From an uncultured Syntrophomonas sp. (GTDB taxonomy: Bacteria; Bacillota; Syntrophomonadia; Syntrophomonadales; Syntrophomonadaceae), in NCBI GenBank assembly GCA_964579945.1, contig CAZOIC010000001.1, positions 9,630 through 73,629 on the forward strand: a DNA stretch of 64,000 nucleotides, read 5' to 3'. The position numbers were made by a program, and so were the translations under genes. The notes below the pieces were generated by a model. That model ran no database searches and was not told the origin of the DNA. It saw nothing but the letters and a program-made list of their open reading frames with translations. This document shows, piece after piece, positions 1 through 10,980 of this stretch (the first letter of the stretch is position 1; the number at the start of each line of letters is the position of its first letter).

Positions 1-387
1 ATAGCATAGTAAGGCCCAGCCTGATCCTTCTACGGCAGCAGCTGCTGCGGTAAACATTTTTTTAAACTCATCGAAGCTGCCAAAGTCCTGTTCAATCTGG
101 CTACTGGTTTTCGAACCCGGGGAGGTTTGACCTGCTGGAGTCAGATTTTCAAAAAAGAGGGTGTGCAGTATATGACCTGATCCATGAAAAGCTATTTCTT
201 TAAGCCAGTGTTTGATCAGACCATAATCACTGCGGCTGCGGGCTTCAACCAACTGAGCTTCGGCCTTATTCAGACCATCAACATAGGATTGGTGATGTTT
301 GCCATGATGGAGTCGCAAGGTCTCTTCGTCATAATAGGGTTCCAGAGCTTCATAGGGGTAAGCTAATGAAGGTAATTCATGCGCCAT
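1..387 (-). CDS. Fe/Mn-family superoxide dismutase, N-terminal part only (the rest lies beyond the window edge)
   Basis: Not in the ORF track because it runs off the window. Reverse-strand translation from the ATG at 387 gives MAHELPSLAYPYEALEPYYDEETLRLHHGKHHQSYVDGLN...FHGSGHILHTLFFENL, with the canonical SOD HHxKHH N-terminal region. RBS AGAGGTG (394-400 on the minus strand) lies 6 nt upstream. Confidence 0.85.
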   Translation of the reverse strand, partial: MAHELPSLAYPYEALEPYYDEETLRLHHGKHHQSYVDGLNKAEAQLVEARSRSDYGLIKHWLKEIAFHGSGHILHTLFFENLTPAGQTSPGSKTSSQIEQDFGSFDEFKKMFTAAAAAVEGSGWALLCY

Positions 388-512
388 TAGTATCACCTCT
401 TTACCGCCGGCATCTTTTTACAGATGGGGCTATTTTTACTATTATAGTATTTAGCCCTGCAGCTGGCAATGCTATTAGATCATGCCCTCTAATAATAGAT
501 GGCTACCAAAAA

Positions 513-528
513 TGTTTCACGTGAAACA
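513..528. promoter_or_regulatory. parS: parS centromere-like site (ParB/Spo0J binding), perfect palindromic consensus TGTTTCACGTGAAACA
   Basis: Exact 16-bp match to the Firmicute/bacterial parS consensus TGTTNCACGTGAAACA. It is intergenic, between the sod start and the thioesterase stop. Confidence 0.75.
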
Positions 529-626
529 TTTTGTCTGACAATTATCTAGTGCCCTAATTTTATAAAAAACCTGCGTAAATCCTAATATAATCCGCGCCAT
601 CCGCGTGAATAAAAACTATTTTCATA

Positions 627-1112
627 TTAATCATCATAGACCTTGAAGTAGGCCTTTTCTTCTTGCCAGCCATGGGATTCCAGGAATTGGGACGGTGGTT
701 TTAAGACTGTTGCTTTACACTCTGCAGTAACGGTGCCGTCCGGCAGGCGCAATTCCCCAGCTACTCGGGCATATTTGGTACCGCCTTTTTCTATCCAGCC
801 TACGGCTATAAGGGGCTGGTCGGTGGGAGTAGGGCGGCGATATTTTAGCTCCAGATGGGTAGTAAGCATTAGGGCATCATTATCTCCGTTAATTAACAGG
901 GCTCTACCTGAGGTTTCATCCAGAATGGCAGCAATAATGCCCCCGTGAACCACCCCGGGATAACCGTTGAAATGGGCTGGTACCATCAGCTCTGACCATA
1001 CCAGTTGCTTTTCTACATCATTATACCAGCTCATTTTCAAGCTAACCGTATTCTCCCGTCCACATACAAAACAACTGCGGGAGTTAGGCTGTTTACTGCT
1101 CTTATTAAACAT
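627..1112 (-). CDS. PaaI/hotdog-fold acyl-CoA thioesterase
   Basis: The 161-aa ORF has CFVCG near the N-terminus and the GxxHGG motif (GVVHGGIIAAILDE) typical of PaaI-type hotdog thioesterases. Confidence 0.7.
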   Translation of the reverse strand: MFNKSSKQPNSRSCFVCGRENTVSLKMSWYNDVEKQLVWSELMVPAHFNGYPGVVHGGIIAAILDETSGRALLINGDNDALMLTTHLELKYRRPTPTDQPLIAVGWIEKGGTKYARVAGELRLPDGTVTAECKATVLKPPSQFLESHGWQEEKAYFKVYDD

Positions 1113-1151
1113 ATTGTCCTCCCCCTTAAAACTGCGCTAAAGAGCTTTCTT

Positions 1152-1673
1152 CTAGACCTTTTCTACTTCCGGATAGTCTACCCCAAAGGTTTCTACACTT
1201 ACCTTTTTCATTTTTTGCTCCTGTTTGGGCTTATCGCTGAAACTTCTAGGAGTGTTAACTATAGCAGCAACAACCTCCATGCCTTCTATAACTTTACCGA
1301 AGGCGGCATATTCTCCATCCAGATGGGGAGCTTTGTCTACCATAATGAAAAATTGGGAGCCGGCTGAATCAGGTTGCGCCGTCCTGGCCATAGATAGTAC
1401 TCCCGCTTCATGTTTGACCGGGTTAGGATGACCATTATTGCTAAACTCGCCCTTTATGCTATAGCCCGGCCCTCCGGCGCCCGTCCCCTTGGGACAACCG
1501 GCCTGGATAACGAATCTCGGTATTACCCGGTGGAATATCAGCCCATCATAGAAACCCTGCTTAATAAGGGAAACAAAGTTATTTACAGTGTTGGGGGCTA
1601 CATCGGGATAGAGCTCAGCTTTAATAACATTTCCATTTTCCATTTCTATAGTCACTTCTGGATTCTTATTCAT
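1152..1673 (-). CDS. ppiB: Cyclophilin-type peptidyl-prolyl cis-trans isomerase
   Basis: Motifs [25 protein letters not shown] and [17 protein letters not shown] are present. I chose the internal ATG at 1673 (MNKNPEVT...) because an AAGGGCGG RBS precedes it. The track ORF extends to 1721. Confidence 0.9.
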   Translation of the reverse strand: MNKNPEVTIEMENGNVIKAELYPDVAPNTVNNFVSLIKQGFYDGLIFHRVIPRFVIQAGCPKGTGAGGPGYSIKGEFSNNGHPNPVKHEAGVLSMARTAQPDSAGSQFFIMVDKAPHLDGEYAAFGKVIEGMEVVAAIVNTPRSFSDKPKQEQKMKKVSVETFGVDYPEVEKV

Positions 1674-1866
1674 GGTACCGCCCTTTCTACATTTAATTAT
1701 GGCTATTATAGCAGAAAACATGGTTTAATATACCTGGTAGTGACAGGGTGCTGTGGTGTCAAGGGTAATAAAATTTAATTCTGGTAGGAAAAAGGTTAAG
1801 AGTATAGAAAACAATGTAAAGGGCTCATGTTAAAGTAGAGATATTGCAATAGAAAAAGGAGCAGAT

Positions 1867-3057
1867 ATGGAGTCTAAACAAATTGTATTAACCGGTTTAG
1901 TGGCTACGGCCTTGATAACTGCCCTGGTTTTAAGTGGTTGGGTAGTGGATATGGTGGCAGCCTTCCTGGTACTGACAGCAGGGATATTGCTAACTTATTA
2001 TATTGCCCTTAACCAGAAGAGAATTGAACAATACGACCGCTTAAGGGCAATAATTAAAGCTGGCAATGAGATCAGGGAGCAAGCTAATTTAAAGTCAGTG
2101 CTGGATCATTTGGCGATTCATGCCCGTTCACTGCTGGGAATTGAACATACCCTGCTATGGCTTCCGGGCGATAATATTACCTGGCCCGAGGATGAGAAGT
2201 ACCGTGATTTACTGGAGGAAATTGAACCAGGGATCAGGCTAAATCCGGTAACTATCCAATTCACCAGATCTGAAGATAGTAATCTGTCCTGGCCGGAAGG
2301 CTTTAGCTGGCTGGCTGCTTATCCATTAGTATTGGAAGATGAGTTCGAGGGGATTTTACTCTTGTTAGATTCTCGTCCGGGAAAGCTGCAGGGACACTCT
2401 GGTGAAGTGCTTAATATTCTATGCCGCCAAAGTGTTGCTGCCGTAAATCGTTTGCTGGCAGAGCAAAAAAGGACAGAAGATGAGCAGATACTAATAAACT
2501 CTCTCCTGGCGGGAATTGAGGCCGGAGACCCCATTTTCAAGGGACATAGTGCCAGGGTTGATGCTATTACCAGTCTAATTGGCAGAAAGCTGGGTTTGGA
2601 TAAAGAGGAGATGACAACTCTGCATTATGTAGCTCGGCTGCACGATATTGGTAAATATGCTGAGACTACGGTTGATAAAGAAAACGATGAACTTGCAGCT
2701 AGCGACCATGCTACTCTAGGTGCCGAACTCATCCCGGCGGTTGGTATTTTTGAACAGGTTCGAGAAGCGGTCAAATACCACCATGAACGTTATGATGGTA
2801 GTGGTTATCCTCTGGGCTTGAGCCAGACGGATATACCCTTTTTAGCTCGTATAATTGCTGTAGCTGACGTCTATGACGCCGTAACTCGGTTGTGCAGTGA
2901 AGAAGAAAGACTGGATCACCGGACCGCTCTGGGTGTTATTAAGAAAGCCACCGGTACTATTTTTGACCCATTAGTGGTAGTAGCCCTGGAGGAAGTAGCC
3001 GATGAGGTAGCAAATCTTAGGTTAATGTTTAAGGATTTGACCGGGGATACAAATTAA
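1867..3057 (+). CDS. Membrane-anchored HD-GYP domain protein (putative c-di-GMP phosphodiesterase)
   Basis: Two N-terminal hydrophobic helices are followed by a sensor-like region, then HDIGK and HHERYDGSGYP (HD-GYP signature). Confidence 0.8.
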   Translation: MESKQIVLTGLVATALITALVLSGWVVDMVAAFLVLTAGILLTYYIALNQKRIEQYDRLRAIIKAGNEIREQANLKSVLDHLAIHARSLLGIEHTLLWLPGDNITWPEDEKYRDLLEEIEPGIRLNPVTIQFTRSEDSNLSWPEGFSWLAAYPLVLEDEFEGILLLLDSRPGKLQGHSGEVLNILCRQSVAAVNRLLAEQKRTEDEQILINSLLAGIEAGDPIFKGHSARVDAITSLIGRKLGLDKEEMTTLHYVARLHDIGKYAETTVDKENDELAASDHATLGAELIPAVGIFEQVREAVKYHHERYDGSGYPLGLSQTDIPFLARIIAVADVYDAVTRLCSEEERLDHRTALGVIKKATGTIFDPLVVVALEEVADEVANLRLMFKDLTGDTN

Positions 3058-3257
3058 ACGGAATGAATATAAAATGTTATACTTTAAGCAATAATATAGA
3101 TATATCTTCCAGATAGTCGAGAACAGTGTGATACTGGATTATTGTTTAAATTGTGGATTACTCCTTTTTCCCATTTTAAGCTTAACCTTATACGGCATAA
3201 AGGTTTTTAACAGGATGAAGTAATAGGAGTGGTGCTATACTATGGTAGTAACTAATG

Positions 3258-3623
3258 TTAAACTGAAGCACCATATTGTCTAAGTAGCTCAATGGCCTGG
3301 GAACTTAAGCCTTGATCACATACCAGGGTAAGTATGATGGATGAAATACCCGGCGGGTCATAGTACGCTGATGACATTCCACTGGCAGCAGGGTCAGCAG
3401 CTAATAGAGGTCCATAAGCCAGGTTGGCTCCACTATTATTCATGGTTAAAGAAGAAAGATTAGTTTTGACACGCCGGTTTACTCTGGAAGAGGAATAAGG
3501 GGAAATGCGATCAACCCTAATTTCTTTATATCCGGCCTGTTTTAGCATATCTGCGGCCAACCGGGCATCGGTATCGTCGGAGAAATAGGCAAAAACCGCC
3601 TGCTCACCTGGTTGCAATTGCAT
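3258..3623 (-). CDS. Hypothetical protein (121 aa); two similar beta-alpha ends joined by a low-complexity S/N/A/G/P linker
   Basis: A GGGAGG RBS lies 8 nt upstream of the ATG at 3623. I do not recognise a family. Confidence 0.5.
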   Translation of the reverse strand: MQLQPGEQAVFAYFSDDTDARLAADMLKQAGYKEIRVDRISPYSSSRVNRRVKTNLSSLTMNNSGANLAYGPLLAADPAASGMSSAYYDPPGISSIILTLVCDQGLSSQAIELLRQYGASV

Positions 3624-3735
3624 TTATTATACCTCCCTGTAATAATAAATAATGGGGATTTATACGCCCCTAAGTTTTATCAGTTTTACCATTTTGGTGG
3701 AATAATATTATAGAAAATATTTTAGGAGGGCATTC

Positions 3736-5418
3736 ATGAATCCGGTTCAGGAACTCCATAACTTTTTAAAAAAGGTAATAATCGATTCGCTGGAAACATG
3801 TCGGGAGCAAGGACTGCTAGATTATAAGCAGCTGCCTGACTTTGTCATAGAAGTTCCCCGGGAAAAAGGGCATGGTGATTTTGCCTGTAATATCGCCATG
3901 TTATTAGCCCGGGAGGCTCGTATGGCACCACGTAAAATCGCAGAAGCTATTGTAGCCCGGATAAATACGGAAAGCCATGAACGAATTGAGAAAATCGAAG
4001 TGGCGGGACCGGGTTTTATTAATATTTTTCTAAACAATAGTTGGTTATATGATATTCCAGTAATAGTTGCTAAAACGGGAGACCACTACGGATATAACCC
4101 GAGGTTAGGGCAGCGAGTACAGGTGGAGTTTGTAAGTGCAAACCCTACCGGTAATCTACATATGGGTAATGCCCGTGGGGGGGCCATTGGAGACACGCTG
4201 GCCAATATTCTTGACCGTGCCGGTTATGATGTACAGAGGGAGTTTTATATAAACGATGCTGGTAACCAAATTGAAATTTTTACCGATTCTTTGGAAACAC
4301 GATATTTGCAGCTAAACGGTTATGATTTGCCTTTCCCTGAAAACGGTTATGCCGGGCAGGATGTAGTAGATACGGTCAAACGCATAATTAGCCGTTATGG
4401 CAAGCAACTGTTAGATATGGCACCCGAACAAAGACGTAAGACCCTGTTGGATTATGCCCTGGAAGAAAAAGTGGATTATATACACAAGACTTTAGAAAAC
4501 TTCGGGGTCAACTATGATGTCTGGTTTAGTGAGAAGACCTTGCATGAAGCAGGTAAAATAGACCAGGTTGTGAATTATCTGCAAGAAAAGGGCTATGTAT
4601 ATGAAGAGGAAAATGCACTGTGGTTTAAATCCACTCTTTTCGGGGATGAAAAAGACGAAGTGATAATGAGAGCCAATGGTCTGCCTACCTATTTTGCCGC
4701 CGATATTGCTTACCACAAGGATAAATTTGAAAGGGGTTTTGACTGGGTAATAAATGTCTGGGGAGCAGATCATCATGGTCATGTGGCTCGAATGAAAGGC
4801 GCCATTGAGGCCCTGGGTTATGACCCTGATAAACTGGATATTCTTTTAATGCAACTGGTAAGGCTATACCGGGGAGGTAATATTGTGCGCATGTCTAAGC
4901 GTACCGGCACCACCGTTTCCCTGGATGAATTAATAGAAGAAGTTGGCTCTGATGCCGCCCGTTTCTTTTTCGTAATGCGCAGCCCGGATAGTCATCTGGA
5001 TTTTGACCTGGAGTTGGCCAAGCAGCAAAACCAGGAAAACCCGGTATATTATGTTCAGTATGCCCATGCCCGCATATGCAGTATTTTCCGGCAAGCAGAA
5101 GCGGCTGGGATCAAGATGCCCGGGATAACAGAGATTGACCCTTCGCTGCTGCAGGAGGAAGAGGAACTGGGTCTGTTGAGAAAAGTTGCCGATTTTCCGG
5201 AAGAGATTACTGTTGCTGCTCGGGCTATGGCACCCCAGCGTATAGCCCGCTATGTATTGGATTTGGCTGGATTATTTCATAGCTTCTATAATCACCACCG
5301 GGTTTTACACCAGGATCAGGCATTGCAGAATGCCCGCCTGCTACTGATGTACATTACCCGCATAACCATTAAAAACTCACTTGATATTCTAGGAGTAAAT
5401 TCACCAGAAAGAATGTAG
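3736..5418 (+). CDS. argS: Arginine--tRNA ligase
   Basis: 560 aa with a class I HIGH-like motif ([15 protein letters not shown]), an MSKR-like motif and a DALR anticodon-binding C-terminus. Confidence 0.95.
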   Translation: MNPVQELHNFLKKVIIDSLETCREQGLLDYKQLPDFVIEVPREKGHGDFACNIAMLLAREARMAPRKIAEAIVARINTESHERIEKIEVAGPGFINIFLNNSWLYDIPVIVAKTGDHYGYNPRLGQRVQVEFVSANPTGNLHMGNARGGAIGDTLANILDRAGYDVQREFYINDAGNQIEIFTDSLETRYLQLNGYDLPFPENGYAGQDVVDTVKRIISRYGKQLLDMAPEQRRKTLLDYALEEKVDYIHKTLENFGVNYDVWFSEKTLHEAGKIDQVVNYLQEKGYVYEEENALWFKSTLFGDEKDEVIMRANGLPTYFAADIAYHKDKFERGFDWVINVWGADHHGHVARMKGAIEALGYDPDKLDILLMQLVRLYRGGNIVRMSKRTGTTVSLDELIEEVGSDAARFFFVMRSPDSHLDFDLELAKQQNQENPVYYVQYAHARICSIFRQAEAAGIKMPGITEIDPSLLQEEEELGLLRKVADFPEEITVAARAMAPQRIARYVLDLAGLFHSFYNHHRVLHQDQALQNARLLLMYITRITIKNSLDILGVNSPERM

Positions 5419-5430
5419 GAGGGATATATT

Positions 5431-5664
5431 TTGGTACCAAGAAAGAAAAGCGAAGCGGACTGGGCAGTGGAAATACTGGCGGAAAAACAGGAAGCCATAT
5501 ACTATGGTGATTTAATAGAGACTATTGCTCAGCAGATGGGAAAAAAAACGGATCCTGCCAGCCTGACTTCAATTTATACCCGCTTAAATATGGACAATCG
5601 CCTGGTTTACCAGGGGGATGGCTACTGGTATTACGATGCCAGCAGGCTAAAAAGGGAGAGATAA
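5431..5664 (+). CDS. rpoE: RNA polymerase delta-subunit-like HARE-HTH protein that lacks the acidic tail
   Basis: 77 aa with a TTG start 7 nt after AGGAGGG. The sequence (WAVEILAEKQEAIYYGDLIETIAQQMG...IYTRLNMDNRLVYQGDGYW) resembles the RpoE N-terminal domain. The position between argS and pyrG matches B. subtilis rpoE-pyrG. Confidence 0.6.
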   Translation: MVPRKKSEADWAVEILAEKQEAIYYGDLIETIAQQMGKKTDPASLTSIYTRLNMDNRLVYQGDGYWYYDASRLKRER

Positions 5665-5667
5665 AAC

Positions 5668-6303
5668 GTGATAATAAAATGGCTGGGGCATGCATCTTTT
5701 TTACTGGAAAGCTCCGGAATTAAGTTATTAACCGATCCATTCGATGCTGAGATCGGCTACCAGCCTTGCTCGGAGAAAGTTGACATTGTAACCGTAAGCC
5801 ATGAGCACTGGGATCATAATGCAGTTGATATCCTCGCCGGTAATCCCCGGGTGATTCGTGAAACCGGTTCCTTTGCTATTGATGGGATTAATATACTGGG
5901 AACTAGCACCTATCATGATAAGAAACAGGGACAGGAACGGGGTCATAATATCATATACAAAATCAGCAGCGAAGACCTGGATGTTCTTCACCTGGGCGAT
6001 TTGGGACATGTTCTAACTGACCGGCAGCTTATGGAAGTAGGTAATGTCGATATCTTACTGGTACCGGTAGGAGGCAGGTATACTGTGGATGCAGAAGCTG
6101 CCTATGAGATAGTGGAACAATTGCAGCCGCAAATAATAATTCCCATGCATTTCTTAACTCCAGACGTAAGTATTAAGGAACTGGCTCCAGTGGAAGCATT
6201 TACTGCCAAATTTCCCCGGGTAATAAAAAAACCTTTCCTGGAAATCAGTAAAGAAGCGCTGACACCGGAAGCTCGGGTAATAGTTCTGGATTATCCCCAC
6301 TAG
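5668..6303 (+). CDS. Metallo-beta-lactamase-fold hydrolase (UPF0173-like)
   Basis: MIIKWLGHASFLLE..., HEHWDH and a later His/Asp ligand pattern. GTG start with a GGGAGAG RBS. Confidence 0.75.
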   Translation: MIIKWLGHASFLLESSGIKLLTDPFDAEIGYQPCSEKVDIVTVSHEHWDHNAVDILAGNPRVIRETGSFAIDGINILGTSTYHDKKQGQERGHNIIYKISSEDLDVLHLGDLGHVLTDRQLMEVGNVDILLVPVGGRYTVDAEAAYEIVEQLQPQIIIPMHFLTPDVSIKELAPVEAFTAKFPRVIKKPFLEISKEALTPEARVIVLDYPH

Positions 6304-6519
6304 TTGATTTTACCTACCAAAGGGGGTAAAATTCATAAGGGTTTTAATGTGGCAATAAGGTGCTGAGCAGAAGGTATGAATAGAGCAAAGTTCAGTGGTA
6401 ACACATAATAGCAGGGTCAATTAAGAATTAATCGCGATCCCATGTACCATGTGTGGTTGCGCGTACTTAGCAAACATGACGGGTTTATTTAGAGAACATA
6501 TGAGAAGGAGAGGGGCTAA

Positions 6520-8130
<1,611 letters not shown>

Positions 8131-8134
8131 AAAT

Positions 8135-8175
8135 AAAAAAATCCCCTGGCTTATCAAAGACCAGGGGATTTTAGT
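8135..8175. terminator. Bidirectional rho-independent terminator between convergent pyrG and the CoA-transferase gene
   Basis: The ATCCCCTGG...CCAGGGGAT stem (8141-8170) is flanked by an A-run and a T-run. Confidence 0.75.
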
Positions 8176-8179
8176 ATTT

Positions 8180-9553
8180 TTAGAACGGAATACGGTTAGT
8201 TTTAGACCAGATCTTCATTTCTTTGGCCTCTTTAATCAGTTCATCACGGAAATCGGGATGAGCAATGCTAATGAGCTGTTCTGCTCTACCCCAGACAGAC
8301 CGGCCTTTCATACTGACTGCCCCATATTCGGTTACCAGGTATTGAACGATGGTACGAGGTACGGTTACCGCAGCACCTGGAGTTAGCAGAGGACGAATAC
8401 GGGACTGCAGATTACCTTCTTTATCCTTATAAGTTGAGGAGAAGGCCAGAAAAGCCCTGCCGCCTTTGGAATGGAAGGCACCAATAACGAAGTCCAATTG
8501 TCCACCAGTTCCCGAAATCTGCCGTAATCCCGAGGATTCTGAGCAAACCTGACTTAAAAGATCCACTTCCAGGATATTGTTAAGAGAAATCATGTTATCA
8601 TGCCTGGCAATATTCGTGGGGTTGTTAGTATAGTTTACCGTACATGATGCACAAAGCGGGTTATCATCCAGGAAATCATAGGTTTCCTTGGTACCCAAGC
8701 AGAAGGAATAAGTACTCTTGTTAATATCATAAGCCTTATTGACATTAGTTATTTTACCCTTTTCATACATCTTGACATAGGCATCACAAAACATCTCACT
8801 CTGTACCCCCAAATCCTTAAGGTCAGAGTCAGCCAACATAGTTCCCAGCAAATTAGGCAAAGCTCCAATTCCCAACTGGATGCAGGCACCATTGGGGATG
8901 TGTTCCATTATATGAGCGGCAATTTTGGTTTCTTCCGGAGTGGGAGCAGCGGAAGGCGGAGTGGCAAAAATGGGAGTATTAGTTCCTTCAATGATATAGT
9001 CAATCTCACTGATATGAACATATTCATCATTGCCACCCAGACAGCGGGGCATATTTTCATTTACTTCAACTATGGCTACACGCTTGCTTCCCAGGGCTAG
9101 CCCCCGGTTGTGAGAATTCCCCAGACCGAAGTTAAAACAACCATGTTTATCCATAGGTGTTACTTGAGATACCCATACATTAGGCCACCAAAGTTCATAG
9201 TCACGGTTATAGGCCAGTGTAGTTGCTTCATGGTAGTTAAAGGGATTATGGCAGGCAAGCCCAAAGTCACCGGCTTTACGGTCGATAGCGGTGAAAAACC
9301 AGTTAAAATACTGGAAACTTTTTTGCTCAACGTCACCCTGAATAACCTGGGGCACTGGTAATACCGAACCGGTGCCACGAATAGATACATTCTGCAAGTC
9401 CGGTTCCCCTGCTCTCTTGGAGAGAGCTACATCAAAATCCACTGGCTTGGTAGCAAACATACCATAATCAATAATGTCGTTGGATTGAACAAGTCTGGCT
9501 GCTTCTTCAACGGTAATTAATTTACGTTTATACTCTTCTAAAAAAGTACTCAA
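8180..9553 (-). CDS. Acetyl-CoA hydrolase/transferase family enzyme, butyryl-CoA:acetate CoA-transferase-like
   Basis: 457 aa with [40 protein letters not shown] and [16 protein letters not shown]. From memory these closely match clostridial butyryl-CoA:acetate CoA-transferases. Confidence 0.8.
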   Translation of the reverse strand: MSTFLEEYKRKLITVEEAARLVQSNDIIDYGMFATKPVDFDVALSKRAGEPDLQNVSIRGTGSVLPVPQVIQGDVEQKSFQYFNWFFTAIDRKAGDFGLACHNPFNYHEATTLAYNRDYELWWPNVWVSQVTPMDKHGCFNFGLGNSHNRGLALGSKRVAIVEVNENMPRCLGGNDEYVHISEIDYIIEGTNTPIFATPPSAAPTPEETKIAAHIMEHIPNGACIQLGIGALPNLLGTMLADSDLKDLGVQSEMFCDAYVKMYEKGKITNVNKAYDINKSTYSFCLGTKETYDFLDDNPLCASCTVNYTNNPTNIARHDNMISLNNILEVDLLSQVCSESSGLRQISGTGGQLDFVIGAFHSKGGRAFLAFSSTYKDKEGNLQSRIRPLLTPGAAVTVPRTIVQYLVTEYGAVSMKGRSVWGRAEQLISIAHPDFRDELIKEAKEMKIWSKTNRIPF

Positions 9554-9903
9554 GACATAAACCCCCCTTAAATTTTTATAATTCTACGACAACACTACCT
9601 GACATTACCCCTCCTACCCTAGGCATATTTTACATTCCTAGTATATATTAGAATATTCGCACAAAAATGCAGATATCCTCTTTAAAAATAAAGTCGAAAT
9701 ATTCTGAAATTATAAGGACGGCGATTTTTTGTTGCTCATTATTAACAGGATGGATACTCTCTATTAGGAAAAATTACTATTTTAGCCTTATCGGGTCTAT
9801 TTTTTTACCACATTTGGGAAAACTAATAAATATCCGCTTGCAGCGATAGAGGAAAACAAAAAATTTAGAAACTTGGCAAGATTAGTACATCAAAGGAGAA
9901 TTT

Positions 9904-10959
9904 ATGTTTACTACCAGGATAATCGATATTAAAGAAAAAGATAGTTTTAATAAATTTGTTGCCTTTCACAGTAAGGGGCATTTTCTGCAATTATGGGAAT
10001 GGGGTGAGGTTAAAAAACGTATGGGTTGGGAACCTCTGCCCCTGGTTTTGGAGCAGGATGGAGAAATACAGGCATCTCTACTCATACTAAAACGTAAACT
10101 GCCATTACCTATGTTAAAAAAGTGTATTTTTTATTCGCCCCGGGGACCGGTGATAGACACAGATAGCGAGGAATTATGTCAGGCTTTGTTTGCCGGGGCA
10201 AGTCGGGTAGCTAAGGAACATGGAGCTATATTTTTAAAGATTGACCCTGACGTGGAAGTCGTCAATGAACGATTTAAAAATATTTTGCAAAAATGTTCTT
10301 TTCGCCACAATGAGACCGGATTGGATTTTGAAGGAGTCCAGCCTAACTTTGTTTTCCGCCTGGCTATTACACCTTCCGAAATAACTTTACTTCAGAATAT
10401 GCACTCAAAATGGCGATATAATATCCGGTTGGCCGAAAAAAAAGGGGTCAAGATTAGACCGGCGGAAGGCAAAAAAGATTTACGAGTTTTTTACAATATA
10501 TTAGAAGAGACTGCTGTACGGGACAAGTTCCTTATCCGGGGCTATGAGTATTTTGAATGGATATGGGATTATATGGTGGAGGGGGGTTATGCCCAGGTTT
10601 TTTTAGCGGAGTACCAGGGACAGGTAATATCTGCTGCTTTAGCTATGGTACTGGGTGAAAAAGCCTGGTATCTATATGGTGCTTCTAGCAATGAATATCG
10701 TAATGTAATGCCTAATTATCTCATTCAGTGGGAAATGATTCGCTGGGCTCGCCAGCAGGGCTGTACTCTTTATGATTTTCGGGGGGTATCAGGAGACCTG
10801 GATGAAAGCAATCCTCTTTACGGGTTGTATCGCTTTAAAAAAGGATTTAATGGAGAGTTTACAGAGTTTGTGGGGGAATGGGACCAGGTTTATTCTTCGG
10901 TTTTTTACTGGCTTTGGAATAGAGTTTTACCACTCTATTTTAAGTTAGTCAGGTCATAA
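9904..10959 (+). CDS. FemAB-family peptidoglycan bridge-formation aminoacyltransferase
   Basis: 351 aa with FLQLWEWGEVK, WRYNIR, LYGASS and LYDFRG, motifs characteristic of the FemA/FemB/FemX family. Confidence 0.8.
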   Translation: MFTTRIIDIKEKDSFNKFVAFHSKGHFLQLWEWGEVKKRMGWEPLPLVLEQDGEIQASLLILKRKLPLPMLKKCIFYSPRGPVIDTDSEELCQALFAGASRVAKEHGAIFLKIDPDVEVVNERFKNILQKCSFRHNETGLDFEGVQPNFVFRLAITPSEITLLQNMHSKWRYNIRLAEKKGVKIRPAEGKKDLRVFYNILEETAVRDKFLIRGYEYFEWIWDYMVEGGYAQVFLAEYQGQVISAALAMVLGEKAWYLYGASSNEYRNVMPNYLIQWEMIRWARQQGCTLYDFRGVSGDLDESNPLYGLYRFKKGFNGEFTEFVGEWDQVYSSVFYWLWNRVLPLYFKLVRS

Positions 10960-10980
10960 AGAATAACAGGAGGATAGGTA

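Noticed and set aside
1741-1761. TGACAGGGTGCTGTGGTGTCA as a degenerate member of the GGTGACAG...CTGTCACC hairpin family
   Set aside because: Only a 5-bp stem is present and the conserved GGGACGGTTC loop is missing, so the resemblance may be chance.
3624-3735. T-box leaders upstream of argS (3624-3735) and gltX (57268-57341)
   Set aside because: The spacers (112 and 74 nt) are too short, and there is no T-box sequence or terminator. Only the cysE leader qualifies.
9667-9849. 60-aa ORF in the divergent CoA-transferase / femAB promoter region, and the 68-aa ORF at 63695-63901
   Set aside because: Neither has an RBS. Both lie in AT-rich intergenic sequence or overlap the rlmB end, and their translations are implausible.
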